Source of the DNA: Rhodospirillaceae bacterium
GTDB lineage: Bacteria; Pseudomonadota; Gammaproteobacteria; Burkholderiales; SG8-41
Reading direction: 5' to 3'
DNA: 57,190 nucleotides
Assembly: GCA_050260255.1 (NCBI GenBank)
Contig: JBLNBW010000298.1
Coordinates: forward strand, 1 to 57,190
The position numbers and the translations under genes are program-made. Each line of letters starts with the position of its first letter. Position 1 is the stretch's first letter. The notes under the pieces are model-generated. The model saw only the letters and a list, made by a program, of their open reading frames with translations. It was not told the DNA's origin and did no database searches. Positions 37,290-45,900 of the stretch are shown here, piece after piece.

Positions 37290-37414
37290 CGATCTCCTCC
37301 ATTCCGTAAACCTGCGGATTACCGAATGTTCGGCAGAACGCTTGCTGGACTGTGAGTGGGACGCGACCTCCTCGCCGGATGCGCGATCGACGGGCTCGGG
37401 ATGCAGTTATGCGC

Positions 37415-38785
37415 CTAAGCGCTTAGCAAAGGACGGAGCTCGCGCACGGACCGCAGCGTCTCCAAGCGGTCGATCGCTGCAATGAGCTGCCCGGCGCGTG
37501 CGTTGCCGAGCACCGGCTCCAGGAGTTCTTCTGCCTTCTCCTGGACCTCGGCGGTGGTCAGTGGATTCTCGTTGCGGCCCTTGAACGTCGTCGCACGCTT
37601 TTCGATCTTCCTGGCATCGCGCGTGACAACGGCAACGATAGACTGCCCTTCCGGCCGCGCCCGCGTGAGATCGGGATCGCCGATCAGCGTGATCTTCTTC
37701 TTGAGCGACAGCACCTCGGGCTGCGTCATGCGCGCGACGTCGTGCGCGGCTTCGAACGTGAGTCGGCCGTCGATCAGCGTCACGGCGAAGACATACTGCA
37801 GATTGATGTCGGGCATCTCCCGGTCGTTGACCGTGTGCGCGCCGCTTTCGGGCAGCCGCGCGGTAATCGACTCGATGTGCTCGGGCCGCAGGTGGTGCTC
37901 GGCCATGAGATCGGTCAGCGCCTGGAGCGCCGACTGTATCGGAAAGCCCACACAGTATTTCTTGATGTTGGTGAGCATGATCTCGTAGCGCGTACCGAGC
38001 TCGGCAACGAGCTCGTGCGCCTGCGGCTTGTCGGCGTATGCCACGAGGAAATTCCCGGTGCCATCGAAAACGTCGTACACGCCGGTGAACCCGTCCTGCA
38101 CCATCGTCGCCGCCGTGACGCCGTTGCGCGCCGGCATGCCGCCGAAGATGAACGCCTTTTCGATGTGCTCGGTGTCGCGCGGATACGTCATCACGCCGGA
38201 CGCCTGCTGCGCGCCGTATGACAGCAGGTAGCGGTACTGCTCCTCGCCGAGCCGGGCGAGATAGCCCGCTGCCGCCGTCGCGCCCATCGTGCCGCCAATG
38301 CTGAAGGGCAGATGGTTCCTCGCGCGCATGGCGTCGCGGCCCAGCGCCTTGTTGGTACGCGAGCCGATGTCGTAGCCGAGAATGACGGCACGCAGGAAGT
38401 CTTCGCCGGTCGCGTTCTCGCGCTCGGCCATCGCCATGGCCGCCGAAACGATGGCGCAGCCGGGATGCAGGCTCGCCGAACCGTTCGAGTCATCGGTCTC
38501 GTCGGAATGGGCCAGCATGCCGTTCGCGATTGCTGCATTGATGGCAGAGGTGACGATGCGGCTGCCCACGACTTGCGCCTCGGGAGTCCCGCCCAGCCGC
38601 TCGATGTAGCGCAGCGCGAACGCGCCGGGCTTGAGCGTCGTGCCGGACACCATCGCCGCCAGCGTGTCGAGGACGTGGTGCTTCGCTTTGGTGAGGACCG
38701 CAGGCGGTATCGCTGCGGTGCACGCATGGGCCATGTAACGAATCAGCTCCGGCGTAATGCTCGCAGCAAGGATCGTCATCGCCAC
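37415..38785 (-). CDS. MmgE/PrpD-family (2-methylcitrate dehydratase-like) protein
   Basis: 456 aa. HHVLDTLAAMVSG...NGMLAHSDETDDS...HPGCAIVSAA are characteristic PrpD-family blocks. Confidence 0.9.
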   Translation of the reverse strand: MAMTILAASITPELIRYMAHACTAAIPPAVLTKAKHHVLDTLAAMVSGTTLKPGAFALRYIERLGGTPEAQVVGSRIVTSAINAAIANGMLAHSDETDDSNGSASLHPGCAIVSAAMAMAERENATGEDFLRAVILGYDIGSRTNKALGRDAMRARNHLPFSIGGTMGATAAAGYLARLGEEQYRYLLSYGAQQASGVMTYPRDTEHIEKAFIFGGMPARNGVTAATMVQDGFTGVYDVFDGTGNFLVAYADKPQAHELVAELGTRYEIMLTNIKKYCVGFPIQSALQALTDLMAEHHLRPEHIESITARLPESGAHTVNDREMPDINLQYVFAVTLIDGRLTFEAAHDVARMTQPEVLSLKKKITLIGDPDLTRARPEGQSIVAVVTRDARKIEKRATTFKGRNENPLTTAEVQEKAEELLEPVLGNARAGQLIAAIDRLETLRSVRELRPLLSA

Positions 38786-38984
38786 CTCCTCCGGTCGGAC
38801 GTGAGGCTACTTTACCGTGCCCACCGGCGGGACAGCAATGCGCCGCACCGATCCGGCATGCCTGCCGACTGGGTCGTAGCCGGCAACCCATACCACCCAT
38901 ACCTTGGTCGAACGATCAAGGTCTAATGGCTTCCGGTGCCTGCCGCGGGAAGAATCTCTACTCGTCGTTCCAGGTGGAGGGAAC

Positions 38985-39305
38985 ATGCAAATGCAAACAC
39001 GAATCGAACGCGAGCGACTGCACCAGCACTATGCAGTCGATGATCCCGCATCACCGCGCGCCGTGCTCGTCGGCTGCGCCGTCGGTCTGTGCGCCGTGGC
39101 GACTGTCGCCGGCGCCGCACTTCTCACGGACTCCGATCCGGTAAACCTTGGCGAGCGGCTGCAAAGCGAACGCGCGCGTGTTGCGGTGACTCACGCCGCG
39201 ACGGAACACCAGCGGGAGGTTTTCGTCGCCCGACAGGACCAGTTCGACAAGCGCTCTGCACCATCGGTGTACGCAAGCGCGGCGGCCGCCACAGCCGGCC
39301 GCTGA
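38985..39305 (+). CDS. hypothetical protein
   Basis: GGTGGAGGG lies upstream of the ATG. The product MQMQTRIERERLHQHY...VLVGCAVGLCAVATVAGAALL has one TM-like segment. Weak support. Confidence 0.3.
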   Translation: MQMQTRIERERLHQHYAVDDPASPRAVLVGCAVGLCAVATVAGAALLTDSDPVNLGERLQSERARVAVTHAATEHQREVFVARQDQFDKRSAPSVYASAAAATAGR

Positions 39306-39420
39306 CGCCACGGCATTCGGAGGCGGCGATCCGTATGCCGCAAATCGCCGCCATGGCTACGAACGACCGTGGATGTGAGGTATCGAGACTGAGGGGCGGA
39401 CGCTCCTCGAGGAGGGTGCA

Positions 39421-39645
39421 ATGAAAAAGGTTCTTTATGTAGCTGTTGTCGCCGGCATCGTGACGGCTAGCGGTCTCGCGATGAGCGGGTTCTTCGGCCA
39501 TTCGACCGGCGCAACCAACGCCGCTGCGACGGCGGCGACGATCGTCGGCACGCCGGCTTATACCCCGACGCCGGGCTTCGTGTATTTCCCTGCGCAATAC
39601 ACGAACGCCGCAACGACCCCGGAAGAACACATCCAGGCGTTCTGA
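39421..39645 (+). CDS. small exported hypothetical protein
   Basis: GAGGAGGG lies upstream. The N-terminus MKKVLYVAVVAGIVTASGLAMSGFF is signal- or anchor-like. 74 aa. Confidence 0.45.
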   Translation: MKKVLYVAVVAGIVTASGLAMSGFFGHSTGATNAAATAATIVGTPAYTPTPGFVYFPAQYTNAATTPEEHIQAF

Positions 39646-39672
39646 GCGCGGCTCCCAGCGGGGAAGCGAAGG

Positions 39673-40647
39673 TCAATCGACTTCGACCCTCGCTTCCTTG
39701 GCGACGCGCGCCCACTTCGCGAGCTCGCTTCTGATATAAGCGGCGAGATCTTCCGGCGAGCTGTTGATCGGCTCTATGCCTGCGTTCGCGAAGAGCTTCG
39801 TCATGTCCGGATGCGTTGCGGCGCGGACGATTTCGTCATGCAGCTTGGCGACGATGTCCCGCGGCGTACCAGCCGGCGCCAGGATCGCATACCACACGCC
39901 GGCGTCGTATCCCGGCAACGCAGCTTCGGCTATGGTCGGAATGTCGACGCCAGTGAGCCGCTTGGACGTCGTCACGGCCAGGGCGCGCACGCGTCCGGCG
40001 TCGATGTGCTGCCTGCACGAAAGGTACGTCGCGAACAGCACCTGCAGGTTGCCTGCGATGAGGTCCACGAGCGCAGGCCCTGCGCCCTTGTAGGGCACAT
40101 GGACCATTTTCACCCCGGCCATGCTGTTGAGCAGCTCGTTGGCGAGATGTGCACCGCTGCCGTTGCCCGCTGAGCCGTAAGCGAGCTGACCCGGCTTACG
40201 GCGTGCGAGCGCAATCAGCTCCTTCACGTTCTTTGCGGGCACCGACGGATGCACGAGCAGCGTATAGGGTCCGGCGCCGAGAAGGGTGATGGGCTGGAAG
40301 TCGCGTACAGGATCGTACGGCAATTTCCGGTAGAGGCTGGGATTGACCGCGAGTTGCGCCGTGAGCGCGAGCACCAGCGTATAGCCGTCCGGCGGTGACT
40401 TCGCGACGATTTCCATTCCGATGTTGCCGTTCGCGCCGCCGCGGTTGTCGATGATCACTTGCTGACGCAAGTTGTCGGTGAGGCGCTGCGCGAGCGGACG
40501 TGCGAGGGTGTCGGTGCCGCCGCCTGGTGGATAGGGTATGACCACGCGAATCGGTTTATTCGGATAACCTTGAGCAAGAGCCGGTATCGAAACCGCCATC
40601 GCACAAGCACACACGATCTTGGCGAAGATGGCTTCAAGCCGATCCAT
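39673..40647 (-). CDS. Bug-family (TctC-like) substrate-binding protein (core gene)
   Basis: Start at MDRLEAIFAKIVCACAMAVSIPALAQGYPNKPIRVVIPYPPGGGTDT...VPYKGAGPA...AGTPRDIV gives the 324 aa typical of the family. The ORF continues in frame upstream to 40860 through a duplicated 5' end. Confidence 0.8.
   Translation of the reverse strand: MDRLEAIFAKIVCACAMAVSIPALAQGYPNKPIRVVIPYPPGGGTDTLARPLAQRLTDNLRQQVIIDNRGGANGNIGMEIVAKSPPDGYTLVLALTAQLAVNPSLYRKLPYDPVRDFQPITLLGAGPYTLLVHPSVPAKNVKELIALARRKPGQLAYGSAGNGSGAHLANELLNSMAGVKMVHVPYKGAGPALVDLIAGNLQVLFATYLSCRQHIDAGRVRALAVTTSKRLTGVDIPTIAEAALPGYDAGVWYAILAPAGTPRDIVAKLHDEIVRAATHPDMTKLFANAGIEPINSSPEDLAAYIRSELAKWARVAKEARVEVD
40520..40624. repeat. direct repeat copy A (Bug gene 5' end)
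   Basis: Hand alignment with 40712..40816 gives about 88 of 105 identical positions at an offset of exactly 192 bp. Confidence 0.85.
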
Positions 40648-40860
40648 CAGCCCCGGCGGCCGCACCCCGTCTCCGCCCCAACACCAACCCCTTCGCCGAG
40701 ATCCGGTGCGCCCGCCTGGCGGATAGGGTATGACCACGCGAATCGGTTTATGTGGATATGTTTGGGCAAGAGCCGGTATCGCTACCGCCATCGCGGCACC
40801 GCATACGATCTTAACGGTGCAGACCGATGCCGAAAGCAACGCCTTCATCGTCGTCATCAC
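40648..40860 (-). pseudogene. duplicated 5' end (RBS, start, signal peptide, first mature residues) of a Bug gene, fused in frame to the core gene
   Basis: It encodes MMTTMKALLSASVCTVKIVCGAAMAVAIPALAQTYPHKPIRVVIPYPPGG, then 21 junk-like residues. A strong GGAGGAAAGG lies upstream of 40860. Confidence 0.55.
40712..40816. repeat. direct repeat copy B (Bug gene 5' end)
   Basis: See copy A. The shared core is CCGCCTGGyGGATAGGGTATGACCACGCGAATCGGTTTAT...GCAAGAGCCGGTATCG...ACCGCCATCGC. Confidence 0.85.
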
Positions 40861-40892
40861 CTTTCCTCCACTTCACGCGCCGCAGGGGCGAG

Positions 40893-42044
40893 CTACGCTC
40901 CGCCCTCATGCGTGCTGACGGCGAGCACGGCGCGAGCAGCCGTGCGGTTGCTCCACGCATGGCGCACGCCTTTCAGCAGCGCGACTTCGCCCTGTCTCAC
41001 AGTCTTCTCGTCTTTATCCAGCACCAGCACGAGCTCGCCTTCGAGCACGACGCAGTAGTCGAACGTCGTCGTCTTCTGCATGTAGGGGTGCCTGGCGTCC
41101 GCGCTCCACGCGCATGCTTCCGGCGATCCCATGCGCTTGAAGTAGTCCCGCACGTCGTGTTCCGTCACCTTGTCCCGCCAGGTGCGGTCGGGTGGAAGGA
41201 TGTCCACGCGGAAGGTCGTGCCGCCATGCCGGGGCTGCAGCGTGCGCGGGAGATGGAGCGTCTCGTAGACGATGCGCGCAGGACATGAGTCGGTCGTCCA
41301 CATGCGCTGCGACGCGTAGCCGGGGCGCGCCGCGTCCAACAGCACATCGGGACTCGGGCCATCGCTCACGATCACGCTCTTGCCGTCGGGTCGGTCGATC
41401 GTCACGATGCGTCGGTTGAGCTTGATCCCGGATGGCGGCGCAGCAGGCTCGAGCGGCTTATCGTCGCCGACCGCCGTACCGTTCCCCTGCGGGAATTCCG
41501 CGCCGATCATGTCGAACGCCATCTGCCCGTCGAGCGGGTAGCCCCATTGGTGCCATGCGCCGACCTGTATCACGATGTCGCCGGGCTGCATCAGCACCCG
41601 GCCTTCGTCGAGGATGAGCTCGCGCGCGCCGTTGAGCATCATGCCGTAATCGACGGTCTGCGTTTTATGCATCGTGGATGCGTACGCGTCGCTCCCGCCG
41701 CGCTCCCACGTGCCGGTCGTTCCCGCGCGCAGCTTGGGCGGGTGGAACGGCGACGCCTCGGGATCTTTCGTGCGATCGTAATCCGGCGGCCGCCCGGCTC
41801 GCTGCACGACGCGCAGATGTCCGCCACGCGGTTCGCCGGGAAAAGCGTACTCCAGATTGCCCTCATCGCTCGTCCCGCCGAGTTCGAGAGGCGAGTCGTT
41901 CCATACCCAAAGGTCCGTGTGCCCGCAGCCGGGCAGCGTCGGAGACGGATGCGAATTCGGCGCGGGGCCGTCGATGAGGACGGTCGACAGTCCGTCGACA
42001 TCATTGCCCGCGACGAGACGCCGTATCGGTTTCAAGCTCGACAT
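40893..42044 (-). CDS. cupin-domain (bicupin-like) protein
   Basis: 383 aa with two beta-barrel-like halves. The second half ends ...DYCVVLEGELVLVLDKDEKTVRQGEVALLKGVRHAWSN, a cupin motif-2-like block. Lies upstream of and co-oriented with the Bug gene. Confidence 0.7.
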   Translation of the reverse strand: MSSLKPIRRLVAGNDVDGLSTVLIDGPAPNSHPSPTLPGCGHTDLWVWNDSPLELGGTSDEGNLEYAFPGEPRGGHLRVVQRAGRPPDYDRTKDPEASPFHPPKLRAGTTGTWERGGSDAYASTMHKTQTVDYGMMLNGARELILDEGRVLMQPGDIVIQVGAWHQWGYPLDGQMAFDMIGAEFPQGNGTAVGDDKPLEPAAPPSGIKLNRRIVTIDRPDGKSVIVSDGPSPDVLLDAARPGYASQRMWTTDSCPARIVYETLHLPRTLQPRHGGTTFRVDILPPDRTWRDKVTEHDVRDYFKRMGSPEACAWSADARHPYMQKTTTFDYCVVLEGELVLVLDKDEKTVRQGEVALLKGVRHAWSNRTAARAVLAVSTHEGGA

Positions 42045-42243
42045 GTCTGCACGCTCTCACAAAAAGGTCGAAGCGAACGAGAGCGAAGTGTATCAGGCGC
42101 CCGGTCGGCGCGATGACATGCGCTGCAGGCGAGCGCGACGAGCACGTCGCTGGCGCGTGTCATCCCGGCTTCCCGCGTTCATTTGCCGGCAGCGCATCGA
42201 GGGCGGAAAATAAGTCGGTTCGTGTCTCGCACAGGAGGCAAGC

Positions 42244-42690
42244 ATGATCACTCGCCGCCTACCCACCGTCCGCGACTTCATGGATCGCTATGTCGAGACG
42301 ATCTCTCCCGGGATGGATATCATGGCAGCGGTCGACTTTCTGCTGGAGAAACGCGTCACCGGCGCGCTGGTCGCCAACGCCGAAAAAGAGCTCGTGGGCA
42401 TACTCTCGGAATTCGACTGCCTCAAACTGCTCACGCTCGGCGACGCCGCACGTCATGAAATACCGAAAGGCAAAGTGAGGGATTTCATGAACACGGACGT
42501 CCAGACCATACCGCCCACCATGGACATCTATTATTGCGCGGGGCTCTTCATGAACGTCGCGTTTCGCCGTTTCCCCGTCGTCGAGGGCCAGCGCATCGTG
42601 GGCGCCATCACGCGGTTCGACCTGCTGCGCGCAGTACGGCAGAGTCTCATGCCGTACCGGGTCGATTCTTTATTGCCTGACGTTCCGTGA
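42244..42690 (+). CDS. CBS-domain pair protein
   Basis: 148 aa with AGGAGG upstream. VRDFMDRYVETISPGMDIMAAVDFLLEKRVTGALV and VRDFMNTDVQTIPPTMDI...FRRFPVVEGQRIVGAITRFDLL are two CBS motifs. Confidence 0.85.
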   Translation: MITRRLPTVRDFMDRYVETISPGMDIMAAVDFLLEKRVTGALVANAEKELVGILSEFDCLKLLTLGDAARHEIPKGKVRDFMNTDVQTIPPTMDIYYCAGLFMNVAFRRFPVVEGQRIVGAITRFDLLRAVRQSLMPYRVDSLLPDVP

Positions 42691-42738
42691 GCGCATTACC
42701 GTGAACCGCCCCGAGCAACCGCACGTGAGGAGCAAACG

Positions 42739-43566
42739 ATGACCGCTTTGCGCTATGCGGCAGCCGTCCTGTGCAGCGCTTGGCTTGTTTTGTCCAGCGC
42801 GCCGACACCGGCACAGGATGTACGAGCGAAAACCGAATACGAGCCGTACGTGGGACAGCACGGCAAGGACGTCGTCTGGGTCCCCACGCCGCAGTCGCTG
42901 GTGAATCGCATGCTGAACCTTGCCCGGCTGCGGCGCGACGACTACCTCATCGATCTCGGTGCAGGCGACGGACGTACGGTCATTTCGGCCGCGAAGCGCG
43001 GAACACGCGCGCTGGGCATCGAATACAACGCGGACATGGTCGCGCTCGCGAGGCGCAACGCCGAGCAGGCCGGCGTCGCGGACAAAGCGCAGTTCCGTGA
43101 AGCCGACCTGTTTCAGACTGACCTGTCGCAGGCAACCGTCATCACGATGTTCCTGCTGCCCGAAATCAACGTGAAGCTTCGCCCGAGCCTGCTCAAGCTC
43201 AAGCCGGGAACGCGGGTGGTCTCCAATTCCTTTCGCATGGGAAACTGGAAGCCGGACGCGATGACGACCGCCACGAAAGATTGCACGGACTACTGCACCG
43301 CATACCTTTGGGTCGTACCGGCGCCCGTCGCAGGCACCTGGGATACGCCGCACGGCAGGCTCACGCTCGAGCAGCGCTTTCAGTACGTGACCGGCACGTT
43401 GCACGGCCGCGACGGCGCTGTGGCGGCGAAAGGCAAGTTGAGCGGCGCGCATATCGCGCTCACCGCGGGGGCGACGAAGTATGAAGGGAGAGTGTCGGGT
43501 AATACGATACACGGCACCGCTACGGCATCTGGCGATGCGACGCAGTGGCTCGCCACGAAGCGCTGA
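42739..43566 (+). CDS. class I SAM-dependent methyltransferase-like protein with N-terminal signal peptide and C-terminal beta-rich domain
   Basis: The N-terminus is MTALRYAAAVLCSAWLVLSSAPTPAQD. SAM motif I is YLIDLGAGDGRTVISAA, followed by GIEYN...FREADLF...VITMFLLP. Confidence 0.8.
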   Translation: MTALRYAAAVLCSAWLVLSSAPTPAQDVRAKTEYEPYVGQHGKDVVWVPTPQSLVNRMLNLARLRRDDYLIDLGAGDGRTVISAAKRGTRALGIEYNADMVALARRNAEQAGVADKAQFREADLFQTDLSQATVITMFLLPEINVKLRPSLLKLKPGTRVVSNSFRMGNWKPDAMTTATKDCTDYCTAYLWVVPAPVAGTWDTPHGRLTLEQRFQYVTGTLHGRDGAVAAKGKLSGAHIALTAGATKYEGRVSGNTIHGTATASGDATQWLATKR

Positions 43567-43622
43567 GGCGATGCTGCGCGGCGTACGCCACGCTCCGGCA
43601 TCCCGCTTGCACCGTTGATCGG

Positions 43623-44426
43623 ATGGTCGACAAGGAATTCGTCTTCGTCCTCGGCGCACGCGATCCGGAAATGCGTGAAATCGCCGAGGTGCTCAAAGCG
43701 GACAACCGGAGCTTCGTTCATGCGGCGAAGGACGATCGCGCCGTCACGCCGCGCACCGCGTACGAGGCAGACGCCGTAGTGCACCTGTCGCGCGCGGGGC
43801 GCCCGTTGCCCGCGGTCCTGCCTCCGCAAACGCCCGCGGTATTCGTCGAATGCACGCTCGCGGGCCATGCACCTAAACTGCGCGTGGACCATCACAATCC
43901 TGGAGATCCGGGTTTCGCCATGCCGCCCGAGCGGTATATGGAAGGCGCATCGATCGGCCAGACGCTGCACCTGCTCGAACGCGAGCCCACCGGCACGCAA
44001 CGGCTGCTTGCGGCCGCGGACCACTGCCTGACAGCGGCTTACCAGGGACAGTGTCCGGGCATCGATCCCAAGGAGCTCCTCTTCCTGCGCGCCTCGTGGC
44101 GCGCACGCGTCACCGGCCGGAGCTTCGGCGACGTGATGGACGGCATACTGGATTCGGCTAAGCGCGTGCGACGGCACTACGATTCCGAATTCCGCGAAAG
44201 CGTGTTCACCGATCCCACCGAAATCCCGCCCGATCTCGCGGAAGGCGCCGCTTACGCCGGCGTGCCGGTGCGCTACCGCGAGCTGCTGCCCGATGGCGAG
44301 CTCAAGGAGATGCTCAAAGGCGCAGCCCCGGAACACATCGAGCGCTTCATGCACGCGCATCGCACGCGCGGCCGCAACGTCTACGGCAACCCGTATCGGG
44401 GCTACGCAGGCGCGTACCTGCCGTAG
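43623..44426 (+). CDS. hypothetical protein (contains VDHHNPGDPG motif)
   Basis: Internal ATG of ORF 43545..44426. The 267-aa product has normal composition (MVDKEFVFVLGARDPEMREIAEVLK...). No family recognised. Confidence 0.55.
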   Translation: MVDKEFVFVLGARDPEMREIAEVLKADNRSFVHAAKDDRAVTPRTAYEADAVVHLSRAGRPLPAVLPPQTPAVFVECTLAGHAPKLRVDHHNPGDPGFAMPPERYMEGASIGQTLHLLEREPTGTQRLLAAADHCLTAAYQGQCPGIDPKELLFLRASWRARVTGRSFGDVMDGILDSAKRVRRHYDSEFRESVFTDPTEIPPDLAEGAAYAGVPVRYRELLPDGELKEMLKGAAPEHIERFMHAHRTRGRNVYGNPYRGYAGAYLP

Positions 44427-44557
44427 CCATCACATCACCCCGTTTGCTGGGCCTCGCAGCATCGCCGTCCGCGGTATGGCGGACCTCGCAATGCCATCCA
44501 TCGTAATTCCATCGCGGCGACGGTGCATAATGCCGCGTGACGAAAAGGAGGCGCGGC

Positions 44558-45892
44558 GTGGGGACGAACATTCTTTTGATACTTGCGGACAACCTGGGCT
44601 GGGGCGAGCTCGGTTGCTACGGCGGCGGCGCGCTGCGCGGGGCACCGACGCCGCGCATCGACGCGCTCGCCGGCGAAGGCGTGCGCTTTCTCAACTTCAA
44701 CGTCGAAAGCGATTGCGTGCCGACGCGCTCCGCGCTGATGACCGGACGCCATCCGATACGCACCGGCGCGCTGCAGTCCGTCCCCGCCGGGCTGCCGCAA
44801 GGCCTGATCCCGTGGGAAATCACGCTCGGTGAGCTCATGCAGCACCGCGGTTATGCGACCGCGTGCTTCGGCAAATGGCATCTCGGCGACCGGCCCGGCC
44901 GATATCCGCACGAGCGCGGCTTCGACGAGTGGTACGGCATACCGCGCACGACGAACGAAAGCATGTTCACGAGCTCGCCGGGCTACGATGCCAACGCGAC
45001 GCCGCTGCCCTACGTCATGTCGGGCAAGCGCGGGGAGCCGGCGAAGGAGCTGCACGTCTACGACCTCGACGCGCGCAGGCGCATCGACGGCGAGCTCACG
45101 GCGCACGCCATCGATTTCATGACGCGGCAAACCGGAGCGGGCAAGCCGTTCTTCTGCTACGTGCCGCTCACCCAACTGCACTATCCGACGCTGCCACATC
45201 GTGATTTCGCAGGAAGGACGGGCGCGGGCGATTTCGCCGACGCGATGAGCGAAATGGATCATCGGGTGGGCCAGATGCTCGACGCCGTCGAATCACTCGG
45301 CATTGCGAACGACACGCTGGTGCTCTTCGGCAGCGACAACGGACCGGAATTTCGCAGGCCGTGGCGCGGCACTGCGGGCCCGTGGACCGGCACTTATCAC
45401 ACCGCGATGGAAGGCGCGCTGCGCGTTCCGTTCATGGCGCGCTGGCCGGGCCGCATACCCGCAGGCGGTGTGACGAACGAGATCGTGCATATCACCGACC
45501 TCTATGTGACGCTCGCACGTGTAGCGGGCGCCGAAGTGCCGCGCGATCGGCCGATCGACGGCGTGGACCAGCTTGACTTCTTCCTCGGCAGAAAGCCAAA
45601 GTCGAATCGCGAAGGCTTCGTGTACTACATCAAGCAGGAGCTGCGCGCGGCAAAGTGGCGCGACTGGAAGATGCACATGGTATGGGAGCCCGAGCCCAAC
45701 CAGGGTCCGAATCACCTCGAAACGCCGTGGCTCTTCAATCTCACACGCGATCCGAAGGAGGAGACCGACGTCGCGACGGAGGCAAGCTGGGTGCGCACGC
45801 CGATGCGTCGCATGATCCACGCGTTCACGGAAACGCTCAAAGCACACCCGCCGATACCGCCCGGCGCGCCGGACGACTTCCGCCCCACGTAA
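44558..45892 (+). CDS. Cys-type sulfatase (arylsulfatase family), no signal peptide
   Basis: GTG start 6 nt after AAAGGAGG; alternative ATG at 44537. NILLILADNLGWGELGCYGG...ESDCVPTRSALMTGR carries the C-x-P-x-R formylglycine motif. GKWHLG is also present. Confidence 0.85.
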   Translation: MGTNILLILADNLGWGELGCYGGGALRGAPTPRIDALAGEGVRFLNFNVESDCVPTRSALMTGRHPIRTGALQSVPAGLPQGLIPWEITLGELMQHRGYATACFGKWHLGDRPGRYPHERGFDEWYGIPRTTNESMFTSSPGYDANATPLPYVMSGKRGEPAKELHVYDLDARRRIDGELTAHAIDFMTRQTGAGKPFFCYVPLTQLHYPTLPHRDFAGRTGAGDFADAMSEMDHRVGQMLDAVESLGIANDTLVLFGSDNGPEFRRPWRGTAGPWTGTYHTAMEGALRVPFMARWPGRIPAGGVTNEIVHITDLYVTLARVAGAEVPRDRPIDGVDQLDFFLGRKPKSNREGFVYYIKQELRAAKWRDWKMHMVWEPEPNQGPNHLETPWLFNLTRDPKEETDVATEASWVRTPMRRMIHAFTETLKAHPPIPPGAPDDFRPT

Positions 45893-45900
45893 GAACGGCG

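Noticed and set aside
39673-40860. The full 395-aa ORF taken as one ordinary Bug-family protein.
   Set aside because: The N-terminal 71 residues are a duplicated signal peptide and first mature motif plus a junk-like linker. I called the 324-aa core as the gene and flagged the duplication separately. Translation from 40860 cannot be excluded.
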